Origin: Lepidodermella squamata
Taxonomy: Eukaryota; Animalia; Gastrotricha
Reading direction: 5' to 3'
Length of the DNA stretch: 64,000 nt
Assembly: GCA_047495785.1 (NCBI GenBank)
Contig: JBLDXI010000032.1
Coordinates: forward strand, 3,100,001 to 3,164,000
This document shows, in pieces, positions 11,402-24,429 of the stretch (position 1 is the stretch's first letter; each line of letters starts with the position of its first letter). The position numbers and the translations under genes are program-made. Below the pieces are notes generated by a model, which made no database searches, had not been told where the DNA came from, and worked only from the letters and a program-made list of their open reading frames with translations.

Positions 11402-12669
11402 ATGGCTGATTTCAAAGCTTTGCCTGTGATATTCCTAAGCTTTATTTGCCTAGCGAATGGCTTCAAAGAGATTGAACAGTTTGAGAGGTTGAAGGAGATA
11501 TGCAAGCTGAATGCTCCTTTGCCAGCGAATGATGGCCTCCTGACCTTCAGAGTCACAATGACGCTGATGAAATACATCGATTTGAACGAATTGGATGAAG
11601 TCTTCTCGCATACTGTAAAGCTGAATGTGGTGTGGAACAATTCTTGCGTGCGCGATAACTGGAACGCATCGCTAGGGACAAGGTCTTTATCTGTTCCTGT
11701 TGCTGATTTGTGGCGACCGGCCGTAATGCATACGTCATCTGTCGAAAACATCATCATCAGCCAAATGTAAATAATGGGGCTAACAAATGAAAATTACAGC
11801 AATTTTTTTGAAACTTAGGGCAGCTGGAGATAGTTTCTATCAAATAACGCCAAGCGGAGTAGTGAAATGGGCAAACTTCTTGTTGTTGAAAGACCATTGT
11901 AAGTCTCTCGAAAATACATTGGGCCGAAGCTGAAGATAAGTTTTCTAGGTTATTTGGACTTCAGAAAGTTCCCATTTGATACTCAAACGGGTTGCAAGAC
12001 CTCGTTCATGTTCCTATCAGATCGAACTGCATTCGAGGCAATCGAAGTTGAAACTTACATACTTGACGAGTACATCACAAGTTCTCCGATTTGGCACTTT
12101 GTTGGGCAGTCGGCTTCAATTAAGCATGTTAACGTTCCGCCCGATATGAAGCGAACTTTCAGCCAGGTCGATAATACCTACACATTTCAGCGGAAGTATG
12201 AAACTTACATCATGATGCTTTGCCTACCCGTCTCGTGCTTGATGATACTTCAAATCGCCTTTATTGGTAGGTTTTATCACTCGAATCTGAAACTATTTTT
12301 GACCTCCTTTATTTCCGTCAAGCTATGCCACCGGAGGAAAGTAATCGACCGGTCTATTGTGCGACGATTCTAATGGCTTTTATTCTGATTCTAACGCTAA
12401 TTCAGGCTGCGATTCCTAAGACCTCGCAAACTGTTTTTAGTGTCATTTTTATCTCGGTTCAAATGATTCAATCGGTGATCGCAACTCTTTACGCTCTGAT
12501 AACAACAGGCCTGAGCAAATGCAAAATTGCGAACGCGAAACGACACGTTTTCGGTAGATGGGAAACAACAAATTTGAGATTGGCCGACTGTATCGTTTTC
12601 TTGGCTATGGCCACCTTTTCCGTGGTATCAAGTGTGGGCACTATTGGCCTTCTCTCGGCGGCAGATTAA
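11402..12669 (+). CDS. Cys-loop ligand-gated ion channel subunit (pLGIC-4)
   Basis: Four exons. MADFKALPVIFLSFICLANG, WRPA, C|YLDFRKFPFDTQTGC, MPPEESNRPVYCATILMAF, IPKTSQ. Confidence 0.9.
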
Positions 12670-13401
12670 CATCCTTACTATTTGCTTTCGATTTTTGTAT
12701 TTTGTATACACTCAACTTTTTTCTTCTAAAGATGATCTGATTTCCAAATGGTAAATGTGTAATTTTTTCCCAATAAAATTAAAAATGGGTGATAAATTCA
12801 AAGAAAATTAATGGGCTCAAATTTGGACCCTCGATGGCGCAAAAGCTCAAATTTCATTTGATTTTACTGAAATTACTAACATTCTAGGTTTTATGATGGA
12901 CAACTCTTTTTTATCAACCAATTTTTTTTTATAGTCAAGCTGCAGTGATTAGGCTCCTGGATACATTAATATATTTATCGTTTTCAAATGCCTTGAGTAA
13001 ATGGAAATATTGAATAACAATGCGAGTCCAAATTGATTCATTCCTCCCCGGGTTAATTGTTTCTATTTAATCAGAATTTTTGTTTGTACGAGTTTGAATT
13101 TTTTTAAACCATTACACTGAAGAATTAGCAGGCAGTATGAGCACCAAGCGCGGGTATTTGCTTTTACTATAGTGAGCAAAAATAAAGCTGTATAATTGCA
13201 ATTCGTGATCTATCAAAAAATATTGGCGCTCGCATGGTTCTTTTTTTTCATCGAAAAATATCGCATGTTCAAATCAATGGCTGCTATTCAATTCAATTGT
13301 GAACATTGAATAAATTTTTAATCGAAAACACTTCTGCATTTCGGCTGTTTCATATTCGTATGCACTGCCACGAAGGTGTGAAAAGTCGTGACTTGCAACA
13401 A

Positions 13402-14678
13402 ATGATATCAAAATTTCTTCTCATCGCTACAACATTTCCAGTTGTAGTTCTCGCTAACAATGGCATGCAACTTTTCGAAAGTTTGGTCGAACAATGCGGG
13501 CTCGCGGATAAAATCCCGCCCGTATTAAGTACGGAATCGCCACAAATCAGACTTCGAATCGTAATGTGGGCGACTCGATTTTTGGAGCTATCTGAAATTG
13601 ATGAGAGGCTATCCTTCATCACAACTTTAACTCTACACTGGAACGACTCGTGCGTGGCAGCAAACTGGGACCGTTCTATTTTTAACCAAACCATTTTTGT
13701 CCCAGTTAGCGATTTATGGAGGCCACCTATCATCCATACAACATCCGTAAATAATGTCGCAATGTCTCTAGGGTGAGTTATTTTACAGTTTTTCAATAAA
13801 CTTTGATGACGGGCTATCGTGTTGCATATTAGAGGAGCTGAGGATAGCAGTTACATGACTATTGCCCCAAACGGGACTATGAGATGGATCAATTACATTC
13901 AGTTGTCAGCGCAATGTATCATTTTTTCATCAGCTTTTAGTGGAATGACCTGAAATTTGTTTCTAGGTCAACTGAATTTTCGAACATTCCCGTTTGACAT
14001 TCAAGACAAATGCATCGTGAAATTTGATTTCGTCTACGATATATCTATGTTGATTGCTATCGAAGCTAACGGATTCACATATCCTGACTTCATTTCGAAC
14101 TCATCAGTTTGGCAATTCATTAGCGTCCGCTCTTCTGTTGAAACTAGGCGGCAATTTCTGACCGGCGGAGTTTACAGCCAGCCAACTTTTGCGTTCAAAT
14201 TTCGTCGAAAGCCGGAATCTTATTGGTTGAGTATGATTCTCCCGACTTTTTGTCTCATTTTCCTACAATTCGCTTTTATTGGTAAGAACTAGTTATTATT
14301 TTTATTGGGAAAATCGCATTTTGCCATATTTAAGCTATGCCACCGGAGGAAACTAATCGCAGCTTCTACTCAGCAACCGTTTTCTTAGCCTTCATTTTCA
14401 TGCTGAACATTATAATGGCCAACATTCCGAAAACATCCCAACCGGTCGTCTTTGTGAATTATGTCGCGATTCAAATGTTTCTCGGTGTAGGATGTACGAT
14501 TTACTCAGTTGTTGCCAATAGCTGGGCTCGAAGTGAAACCGGAACCAAAGAACTCAAATTATTCTTCGGCAAGACAATAACTGCAATTCGGCTGGCTGAT
14601 TTCATATTTTTCGCCATCATTCTGATTATCATGCTGATTTCAACCGCTGTCACCTTTTCAATTCTTCTAGAAGGCTAA
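13402..14678 (+). CDS. Cys-loop ligand-gated ion channel subunit (pLGIC-5)
   Basis: Four exons. MISKFLLIATTFPVVVLA, WRPP, C|QLNFRTFPFDIQDKC, MPPEETNRSFYSATVFLAF. Confidence 0.9.
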
Positions 14679-14843
14679 TAAAAAACTGAAACACCTGGCT
14701 ATTTGCATAGTGATTATTGCAAACGCCAATATGACGGGAAAATCGATGCATCGCATGACACAACCTTCATTTCCTGTTAAATGATTTCTGAAATAGCGGT
14801 TGCTCAGTTCTTTTATGATGGCTAGTGCTTATTTTATTATAAA

Positions 14844-16097
14844 ATGATAGCTTTGTTTTTTGCTTTTATTCTTCATTTAACACTGCTGAGCGCAAGTGAA
14901 GTATCGCTTTTCGATCGCCTGAAAGAGGGTTGCAATCTCGATTCGAATGCGCCGCCAACAAATTACGAGACGCCCCTTAACTTGAGGCTTGTCTTCTGGG
15001 CCACAAGATTCATCGAACTTTCAGAACTCAGCGAAACACTGTCTATGGTAGCCTACATGGTAATACATTGGAACAACTCATGCGTGGCGAAGACTTGGGA
15101 TCCAACGTCACCAGCTCAAGTAATAACGCAACCTTTGAAAAATCTTTGGCGGCCCCACTTGACGCTGATTTCATCCACAACAAGTGTAGTTATAAGTTTA
15201 GAGTAAGAAAATTGTTTGACATACTTGGAGCAATATTATGGAATCCGATTTTCAGTGAGGCTGAACAAAACAGCTATGTGGAAATATGGCGGAATGGTAC
15301 TATGAAATGGATCAACTATTTGCAACTGCAGTCGCATTGTAAGTTTCACTAACATTTCAGTAATTTGTTGTTAATAATCTTTTAGGTGAGATGCATTTCA
15401 GAAATTTCCCATTCGACTCCCACAACTGTTTGGTTGAGTTTGAATTTATGCAAACAGACCAAGTTACCAATCCGGTAGAATTGAATGCGCTTTCCTACCG
15501 GAAATTCTTGTCAGCCTCTTCCATTTGGTCGTTGGAAAATGTTTCGACATCGATCAACAAGGAAGTTTACATCGACAAACAATCGCTCTTCAGTTTACCG
15601 ATAATTTCCTTTGGGTTTCGACGAAAACCTGATCCCTTCGTTTACGGCCTTCTACTGCCAATCTTCTGCCTCATGGTCTTACAGCTTGCCTTTGTTGGTA
15701 AATATAATTTCGGATTTAAAAAAATTCCGCCTTAAAAATCGATTTATTTTTTCAAGTTATGCCGCCAGAGGATACTAACAGATCAGTTTATTGCGCAACC
15801 ATGTTCATGTCATTCATAGTACTGCTGAACTTGATTCAATCATCACTGCCAAAAACATCTGAGCCTGTCCTGATTATAATATTCATCTCAATACAACTCG
15901 TAATCGGTGTTTTATGCACTCTTTATTCCATATTAGGGAATTCTCTATCTAAACAAAAGTTTGCAGCCAGGAAAATCGTAGTCGCTGCGAAATGGAAAAT
16001 TAGAGTTATTCGTGTTATTGATTTCTTCGTTGGAATGACGTTGATGCTTCTCTCAACAATACCTACCATTGTTATATTCAACATGATGATGAAATGA
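14844..16097 (+). CDS. Cys-loop ligand-gated ion channel subunit (pLGIC-6)
   Basis: Four exons. WRPH, C|EMHFRNFPFDSHNC, MPPEDTNRSVYCATMFMSF, LPKTSEPV. Confidence 0.9.
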
Positions 16098-16266
16098 ATA
16101 AAACTGTCAATCGGCACATGTTTTTCGCTGTCTGAAACACCTAGCATCCAAACTGGGGTCTAGATTCTAACGCATCGCAAGTCATTCATATTAAAAGCTT
16201 TTCGATCAATTCGGACAAAGGCGAAAGACCGTTTTGCAATATGAAATCAACTTCACGCGCATAAAA

Positions 16267-17436
16267 ATGACTCGCTATGTTCTGTTTTTCGTTATTCTAA
16301 TAGTAAGATTCGCCGCAGCGGCTATCACCGAAGAAGAAGAACTTCTAGACCAACTGCGAGATCAATGCTGGGAACATAGGCACGTTAGGCCAGTTCGAAA
16401 TCACGCTACAACACTGTGGATTCGCTTCTCCTTCTCGCCGACGAGATTTCTCGGTCTAGACGAGATTGAACAGCAATTGTCTATCAACTCTCGTTTCTCG
16501 TTATACTGGACAAATTTCTGCATTAAGGAAGCTTGGCCGACGGAGACCAACATCACTCAAATCCTAATTCCAGCTTCTGGTTTTTGGTTGCCTGAGCTCA
16601 TTCATGTTACATCTGTTGATAGTGTTTCAATAACCGGAAGGTGATTATTTAAAGTTGATGTTGTTAAATTGATTTATTACCTTTCCAGCCAATCTGAAAC
16701 TAGCTATGTGAATCTGTATTCTGACGGTACGACCAAGTGGACGAACAACATGCGGCTGGATACGTTTTGCGCGTTGAAACTCTGGAACTATCCTTACGAC
16801 ACTCAAATCTGCCGCGTCAAGTTTGAGTATTTAAGTGAAGACAGAGTCCTTAACACATCGAATGCCAAATGCTTTTTATACGACGATTTCATCTCACCGT
16901 CAAGTGTTTGGAGCCCGCCCAATGTCACTGCAAGCCTGGATGCTAAAACCTACGACTCATTGCCTGGGCTGAAATTTCGTCAACCAACTTTCATGCTGAA
17001 ATTTGTTCGAAAGAGCAGTCATTATCTTGTTAGCCTTGTTGCACCATCTTTAGCCCTTATGGTTCTTCAACTATCGTTTGTCATCATGCCACCTGCTGAG
17101 TCGAATAGAGCTCTTTTCGCCGCTACGATTCTCATGACTTTCCTGATTTTACTGACAGTTCTATCATCTCAGATGCCTAATACGTCTGAAACTGTTCTGA
17201 TTGTCGTTTTCATAACATCCCAGCTGATAATCGGAGCGATAGCAACGATTTACGCGTTGATCGCTTGCATGTTGGCAAAGTCACGGCCGCATTTGCTGAA
17301 GAGCAATCACAAGGCAACAGGTGGACTCAAACTTTCCGTCTTGAGGCAATGCGACATTGCAGCGTTTTGCATCTTGCTCTTCTTCTGCATCGTTTCTTTC
17401 CTCGGATCGTTTCTGCCTATGATTTACGGCAGCTGA
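16267..17436 (+). CDS. Cys-loop ligand-gated ion channel subunit (pLGIC-7)
   Basis: Two exons. RPVRNH, WLPEL, CALKLWNYPYDTQIC, MPPAESNRALFAATILMTF, MPNTSE. Confidence 0.9.
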
Positions 17437-17783
17437 TTAAAAGTTGATTGAATTATGGATAAGAGACTAGAGAGTGTAAATCCTCAAAGGATGTCACGCA
17501 TTCATTTAACTGATCTGATTTATGATTTCAGCTTTCATTAATAAATCGGATACCTAGTGAAAAAAGTTGCTTGGCTTTGGCTATTCAAATTGCTTCGGTT
17601 TAGGATTTTAACGATGATAAATTACGTCAAGTAATCCAATGTGCTCCTAATAGCGGCCAAATGCATTATTAATGCTACCTATTACTTCACTGAATTAATT
17701 CCCTAGAGGTAAGAAGTGTGATAACAAATCGATACTGGATGTTGAAAACACCGCACATGTTGGACCTGTCTATTGAAAAGTCA

Positions 17784-18967
17784 ATGATTGCCTTGATTAT
17801 TCTTGTCGCGTCTTCAATCGCCCTTTCTGCGGGTGCTATTGAATTCGAGGAGTCTGCCTTGTTAGATCGGCTCAAGGATCAATGCTGGGAGCATCGGCAT
17901 ATTCGGCCAGTAGAGAAGTTCAACTCTACGCTATGGGTCCGTTTCTCCCTATCCCCGCTGCGGTTCATTGGCTTGAACGAGATTGAGCAACAGCTGTCAT
18001 TCAATGCCCGATTTTCGCTCTACTGGATTAGCCCGTGTATCAAGGATGCATGGCCTCTAGAGCTGAACATTAGCCAAGTTCTGATTCCAGCTTCAGGATT
18101 TTGGCTACCTGAGGTCCTACACGTTACATCGGTGGGGCAAGTCATGTTGACGGAAAGGTATGTAGATATGAATCTAAGCTCTTCCTAATGTAACGATTCC
18201 CCTGTAGCCAATCGGAGAATAGCTATCTCTTCATCAGTCCTGATGGTACCATCAAATGGACGAACAACATGAGGCTGGACGCTTTTTGTGCGATGGAGTT
18301 CTGGAATTATCCGTTCGACACTCAAACATGCCGCATCAAGTTCGAGTATCTAAACCACGATAGGATGGTCAATACATCGGTGATTCGCTTCACTGTATAC
18401 GAGGAGTTCATGTCGCCGTCGAGTGTTTGGCTGAAACCTAACGCAACACCAAGCCTTGAAGCTAAAACTTATGATTCGTTGCCTGGGTTGAAATTTCGCC
18501 AGCCTACTTTTACATTTGAATTTCCACGAAAAAGTGGACCCTATGTGCTTAATTTACTAGTCCCATCTTTAGGTTTAATGGTTCTGCAACTGGCTTTCGT
18601 GCTTCTGTCACCAGGCGATTCGAATCGTGCTCTCTACTGCTCGACAATCATGATGGCTTTTCTCATTCTATTGACAGTTTTAGCCTCACAAATGCCTAAT
18701 ACATCAGAGACAGTTCTAATTCTTGTGTTTATAACTGCGCAGCTTTTTATCGGCGTGCTAGCTACGATTTACGTTGTATTTGCCTGTATGCTGGCGAGAT
18801 TCAAGCCACAATTTCTCAAGCGGAAGAATGGGCCTACGTGTTTTAATTTGCAAATTTCGATAATTCGACTATTGGATTGCATCGTATTCTTAATTTTGCT
18901 GTCAATTTGTGTGGTTTCATTTCTCGCAACTTTTTTACCTATGATTTATTACAGCAAGGGAAAATGA
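17784..18967 (+). CDS. Cys-loop ligand-gated ion channel subunit (pLGIC-8), close paralog of pLGIC-7
   Basis: Two exons. WLPEV, CAMEFWNYPFDTQTC, LSPGDSNRALYCSTIMMAF. Confidence 0.9.
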
Positions 18968-19265
18968 TTGGTTTTAATTATTCCACTGAAACTGCGTCAT
19001 ACGAATATTTGTTATATTCTACTTTTGGCAGAGGAGCTTCTATGCGGCATGACACAAGTAATAAACACCGAAGACCCTACCAGCTCCGAAGATTTGGCAG
19101 ACAGTGGCAGTAATTTTGATAATTTTCATTGTGGATATTTCATTAGGCCACTATGCGTCTATCAAACGTCCTTAAAGTGCAAGGAAAATTTGTTTGGATA
19201 TTGTTACTGACCGAAACTTGCACCCGAGCCAAAAAACATTATTTCGAGTTGTTGTTTTCGAAAGG

Positions 19266-20471
19266 ATGGCGAGTTTCTACTTAATTTCCATCTCAATATT
19301 AGCTGTATCTTGCAACCAGGAAAATGTGTTAATTGACCGGTTAATTAGCACATGCGGCCTGGAGTCGAAAGTGCGGCCTCTTGCAGATCACCGTCAAACA
19401 CTGAAAGTCGAAGTTGGCCTTATTCCAGTCAGATTCATTGCAATTTCCGATGTCGATGAGCGTTTGTCATTCGTCGCTCGTCTGTACTTGGAATGGCGCA
19501 ACCAATGTGTCGCAGATCAATGGATCGATAAAAGCTTTAATTTGTCCATAGTATCGCTGGGCAATCTTTGGAGAGTCCCACTCACCCTCGTGACCTCAAT
19601 AGGGAAGGTTGTTCTTAGTCAAAGGTTATTCATTACTTAGGTTTCTAAATATGGTTCATAATGAAGAATTTACGCCTTTCAGTGAAGCTGAAGATGGTTT
19701 TATGATGATTTTCTCCGATGGAGCCATGCGATGGGTGATGTTCATGCATTTCGACATTCATTGTAAGCAACCTTAAAATCACACAATAAAAGGTCGAAGT
19801 AATGTTCTATTTTAGGCGATCTGAATCTTTACAAATTTCCGTTCGATCAGCAAGATAATTGTTTGTTCAAACTCGAGTTTCAAATGCCGCAGTATCAACT
19901 CGACGTGGAAGCTGTGAAAGTGACCCAATCGCAGGATTTTGTGTCACCAGCTGGTTTGTGGGAATTCCTCGGTATCACAGCTTCAGTCACCTCTAGGCCC
20001 TACACAAATGCAAATGTCACCTTCGCTCAACCGACTTTCCGGATGAAATTTCGGCGAAAACATCAGGCGTACTATTTTACCTTAATTCTGCCTCTTTTCG
20101 GGCTCATGGCTCTACAGCAATGTTTTGTAGCTATGCCGCCCAAGGAGTCAAATAGACCAGTTTACTGCGCAACGATTTTCATGGCTTTCCTTCTTCTTCT
20201 ATCTCTCATCCAATCGTCTATTCCACCTACATCTCAACCCATTTTAATCGTCAACTTCATTTTCATCCAGCTATTTGTCGGTGTCATCTGCTCAATATAC
20301 TCTCTAGCCGCCAATGCGATGTCTGAAACGTATTGGGCGAAGCGTGTAGTATCTGTTTACAAATTAAGAAAAATTCAAATAATTCGATTAGTCGATTTTG
20401 TCATGTTTTGCATCCTATTTATCACGGCTTCTGTGTCTACGACTGTTGTTTTAGTCCTCGTTAGGGATTAG
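19266..20471 (+). CDS. Cys-loop ligand-gated ion channel subunit (pLGIC-9)
   Basis: Three exons. MASFYLISISILAVSC, C|DLNLYKFPFDQQDNC, MPPKESNRPVYCATIFMAF, IPPTSQPI. Confidence 0.9.
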
Positions 20472-20491
20472 TTGCAATAAAATATCACTAT

Positions 20492-21673
20492 TCACAAGCA
20501 ATGTGTACTAAGACAAGCGTATACAATCGTGCTGTAAATTAGGACGATGACGAAAAGAGTGAGGAAAATCGCGATGTCAAGTAGCCGAATCGGCGTTATA
20601 GAGAAATTCTTCAAGTTCATCCATTCATAACTTCTTTCAGTCGTCCAAGCCTCAAAACGCGATAGCATGCAGCTAACCTGAGCGTAGACAGTGCATGCAA
20701 CTCCTATATACATTTGAAGGTAGATGTAAACCAAAATAATCACAACTTCCGAAGTTTTGGGCATATTTGAGTCTAGGGTATTCTCTAGCACGAGAAACGA
20801 CATCATAACAGTCGCGCAATAATTTGGACGGTTGCTTTCATTTGGCGGCATTAACACAAAGGCGAGTTGGAGTATGGTCAGAGCCATGCAAGGCGCAAGA
20901 AATTCGCCTAGGAATTGCGATGATTTTCTTTCGAAGGCAATAATGAAGACGAACTGGGCGAATTTAGTTGTTGGCGAGTTATCATAACTTTTGAGATCAG
21001 TCTGGCAAGTAAGAGCGGATACATGCCAGATACTAGAAGAAGGCATGAAACTAGGGTCTAAGAATGCTTCTACAGAGTAGGCCGAGAGTTTTCTAGACTC
21101 CCGTTGCATTTCAAGGATAATTTTGCAGTTCTGAATGTCATAAGGGAAGTAATGAAAGTGCATCTCGCAACCTGAGTCCATCCGTTTTGCCGTAGTCATT
21201 TTTATGGTTCCATCTCTTACTAGTCTCATTACACTATTTTCCAAGTAAGTTGAGCTAGGCAACAGCGAGTTAATATAATATTAGATAAATTCTTTTTAAA
21301 TTCACCTGCTCAATAGGATGTTTTCATCAATTCCAGTCATGTGCCACATCTCAGGAGTCCAAAGGCCGGCACTGGCAGGTATGACAACGTACTCTTGCTT
21401 TGTATCTACCGGCCATGCATCTGCAATGCACTGACTACGCCAGAGGATTATCAGCCATGCAATTACAGAAAGTCGCTGTTCAACTTCGTCGATTTCAATC
21501 AAGCGATTTGCCGTGAAAGTCATCGATACATTGAGTGATTGCGATTCATTTCCAACAGACCGACCCAGTTGACCTCTGCATTGAGTTAAAAGAAGAGCTA
21601 TCAAATCACTCTCCTTATCTTCAGCTGATGAGAATGGCAAGAGGGCGGCGCAAAGTAAACTCCAAAACAGCAT
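20492..21673 (-). CDS. Cys-loop ligand-gated ion channel subunit (pLGIC-10)
   Basis: Two exons. MLFWSLLCAALLPFSSA, WTPEM, CEMHFHYFPYDIQNC, MPPNESNRPNYCATVMMSF, C-terminus CLSTHCL. Confidence 0.9.
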
Positions 21674-22307
21674 ATCTAAAATATAATACAAATTGAATCA
21701 ATCAGTCGCAAGTCCAGTCGTAAAAACTCAAAATTACTGCTTGTATCAATTGAAAGCTGAAATCAATTAAGAGCCGTGCCGTTGTTTCCTGCGTACCGCG
21801 TATATCGATTATCACAATCACTTTTTGCCATGCGTATCATGATGCCATCTCCTGTTGGCAGAGGTATGGATTTGGGGGCCACTAATTTTATTTGTCAATC
21901 CCTGTAATTGCACCCTCTGTGCGTTGATTTAAGTGTTTGCCCGTAATGCCAACATACACTTATATCAACGCATTGAGGGCCATTGAGGATACAATGAGAT
22001 TGGCAAAAATGTGGAGTTGGTAACGATGAAATTGCAAAATATTTCAAAGTGCCGGCTAAAGGAAGAACAAATAGGACCGCCTAATTCTCGCGATGCTCCA
22101 ATTTTTAAGCCGCTGAACCAAATTTCCACAAGCAAACCGACTCAATTAAAGCGAAATTATTCACGGGGTCAATATACTATGATAGGATCCAGAAGAAATT
22201 GAAAAACTAGCCTGATTCCATTTAACAAATTATTTAAAAATCCCTCTTAAATGTTAACTCAAATTTGAGTTTGAATTAATTTCTGCAGTAATCCCTGAAG
22301 ATGACGG

Positions 22308-22716
22308 CATAGAGAAAAAAATGACCAGAGTAAGCACTCAAGCTAAAATTTTGATCTGCATTATTATAGAAGTGCTTTCTCAAAACGGATATCTCCGTTT
22401 TTCTCCAAATTTAGCATGCCTGTAGAACGCGAGCTGCTCTTTCACGTGGTATAAGATTTGAGGTGGGCAATTGCTGCTCAGTCTTGATATCATCAAAATA
22501 AGTAAAACCATAGTGAAAACGAGGTTTTTGTATCGTAACAACGGTTGGGTTGCCCACCTCAAATCTTATACCACGTGAAAGAGCAGCTGGCGTTCTACAG
22601 ACATGCTAAATTTGGAGAAAAACGGAGATATCCATTTTGAGAAAGTCAACTTTGAAGACAAATGTCGATTTAGAAATTTTAGCTTGAGTGCTTACTCTGG
22701 TCATTTTTTCTCTATG
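22308..22716. mobile_element. Non-autonomous fold-back DNA transposon (MITE), P-superfamily-like
   Basis: 409 bp with termini CATAGAG...CTCTATG and long imperfect inverted arms (~160 bp). Flanked by the 8-bp direct repeat GATGACGG (22300-22307, 22717-22724). CANRG termini with an 8-bp TSD fit P-like elements; hAT is not excluded. Confidence 0.85.
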
Positions 22717-22991
22717 GATGACGGTTACCTATTATTACAGCAAATAACCGAAACGTCGGAATAAACTTATATATTTATGTTAGCAAGATTTTACACTAAA
22801 AAACTTTTAATACAGCATATAACACAATATTTTCGCACAATATTGCTGTTTCATACCGGTTATTAATTTGGGAACCGGGCGGATGTTTCCAGCTGATTAT
22901 TACTGCAGTTTACTTTTTATCATGATGTGACCTCCTGTTGGCTGATTGATACATTTTTGGGCTCGCACTTTACTTGATTAATTCACGGTAA

Positions 22992-24224
22992 TTAACATCG
23001 ATTTTCACTGCAAATCATTGGCACGCCAATTGCAACCACTGACAGTACGCATGACAAAAACAGAATGGTGAAGGCTATCAAATCCAGCAGTCTGGGCTGA
23101 GAAAGTTTAAATGGCGTCCTGCTCTTCACGAAAAAGCCCCCGAATCTTAAATCATAGCTTCTTCTAGAGAAAGTTTTCGATGCTGCAAGCATACAAGTTG
23201 CCAAAGCGTATACAGTACAACAAGTTCCAATGTAAAGCTGGGCTGTTGTGAAAACAATGATCAGAACTACCTCGGAAGTTTGAGGCATTTGAGACTGAAT
23301 AACAGTCTGCAGAATGAGAAAAGCCATCAAAATTGTCGCACTATACAGAGACCGATTGCTCTCTTTCGGTGGCATCAATACAAAAGAAAGCTGTAATATC
23401 ATGAGTGCTAATGACGGTAATAGAAAACTACACAAATATCGCTCGGATTTCCGCGTGAAAACGAATGTGAAAGTTGGTTGGCTGAAAACTTGTCCTGGTA
23501 AGGAATCGTAAAGTTTTGGCTCAACTGTCGGAGTGATGTTAGGTTGATTCCAGATGCTAGATGCCGACATGAAATCTGAATACAGAAAGGCCCGGGCGTC
23601 TGACGTATTAACGAAGAACGTATTTTGCAGAAATTCGAATTTGATTCGGCAAATTTGACTGTCAAAAGGGTAGTTGCGGAAATGCAGGGCGCAATAGGCG
23701 TCCAGCCTTAAGTTCATAGTCCATTTGATATTCCCGTCTGAGTAAAGGTTCATGTAGCTGTCCTCAGCTTTCCTTGAAGTAAAATTGACGTTCATCTGTT
23801 ACATGCAATGATAAAAGAAATAGTCTCTTAAATCTTACTCTAGGGTTAAAAGAACTTTATCAACAGCAGTCACGTGAACTAATTCTGGCAGCCAGAAACC
23901 CGAGGCTGGAACCAAGATTATTGAAACATTCGTTCGATCTCTAGGCCAAGATTCTTTGATGCAGTAGTGGTTCCAGTACAAGGTGACCCTCGAAGCGAAT
24001 GAAAATCGCTGTTCTGGCTCATTGATCTCGATGAAGCGTGTTGTAGATAAAACTGAGCGAACCCAAAGAGTCGAGTTGTACTTCTTTGCAGGTCGCAAAT
24101 ATCGAGTGCTCCAACAATTAGCTTCAAGCTGATTTAAGATCAGCTGCTCTTCCGGCTCAACTATATTGGCAGAAATGAAGGGCAAAAAGCAGATAAGAAT
24201 CCCGTAAAACAGCGTGAACTTCAT
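22992..24224 (-). CDS. Cys-loop ligand-gated ion channel subunit (pLGIC-11)
   Basis: Two exons. WLPEL, CALHFRNYPFDSQIC, MPPKESNRSLYSATILMAF, C-terminus ICSENRC. Confidence 0.9.
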
Positions 24225-24429
24225 AGCTTAATATAATGCAGTGAGCTCGGTTATTTCTTGAAAGAAGTACGACAGACTGAATAGTAAAAATCACAAAAAT
24301 ATCGCGTATCAATGAACATATTCCAATTATGTGATCCATGGTGTCTCATTAGGAGTAATTGGCCCAGGCACTCGGTTATTTTGAGATTAATTGTGCTATA
24401 AAATATTAATGAGACCCAACATTACCTTT

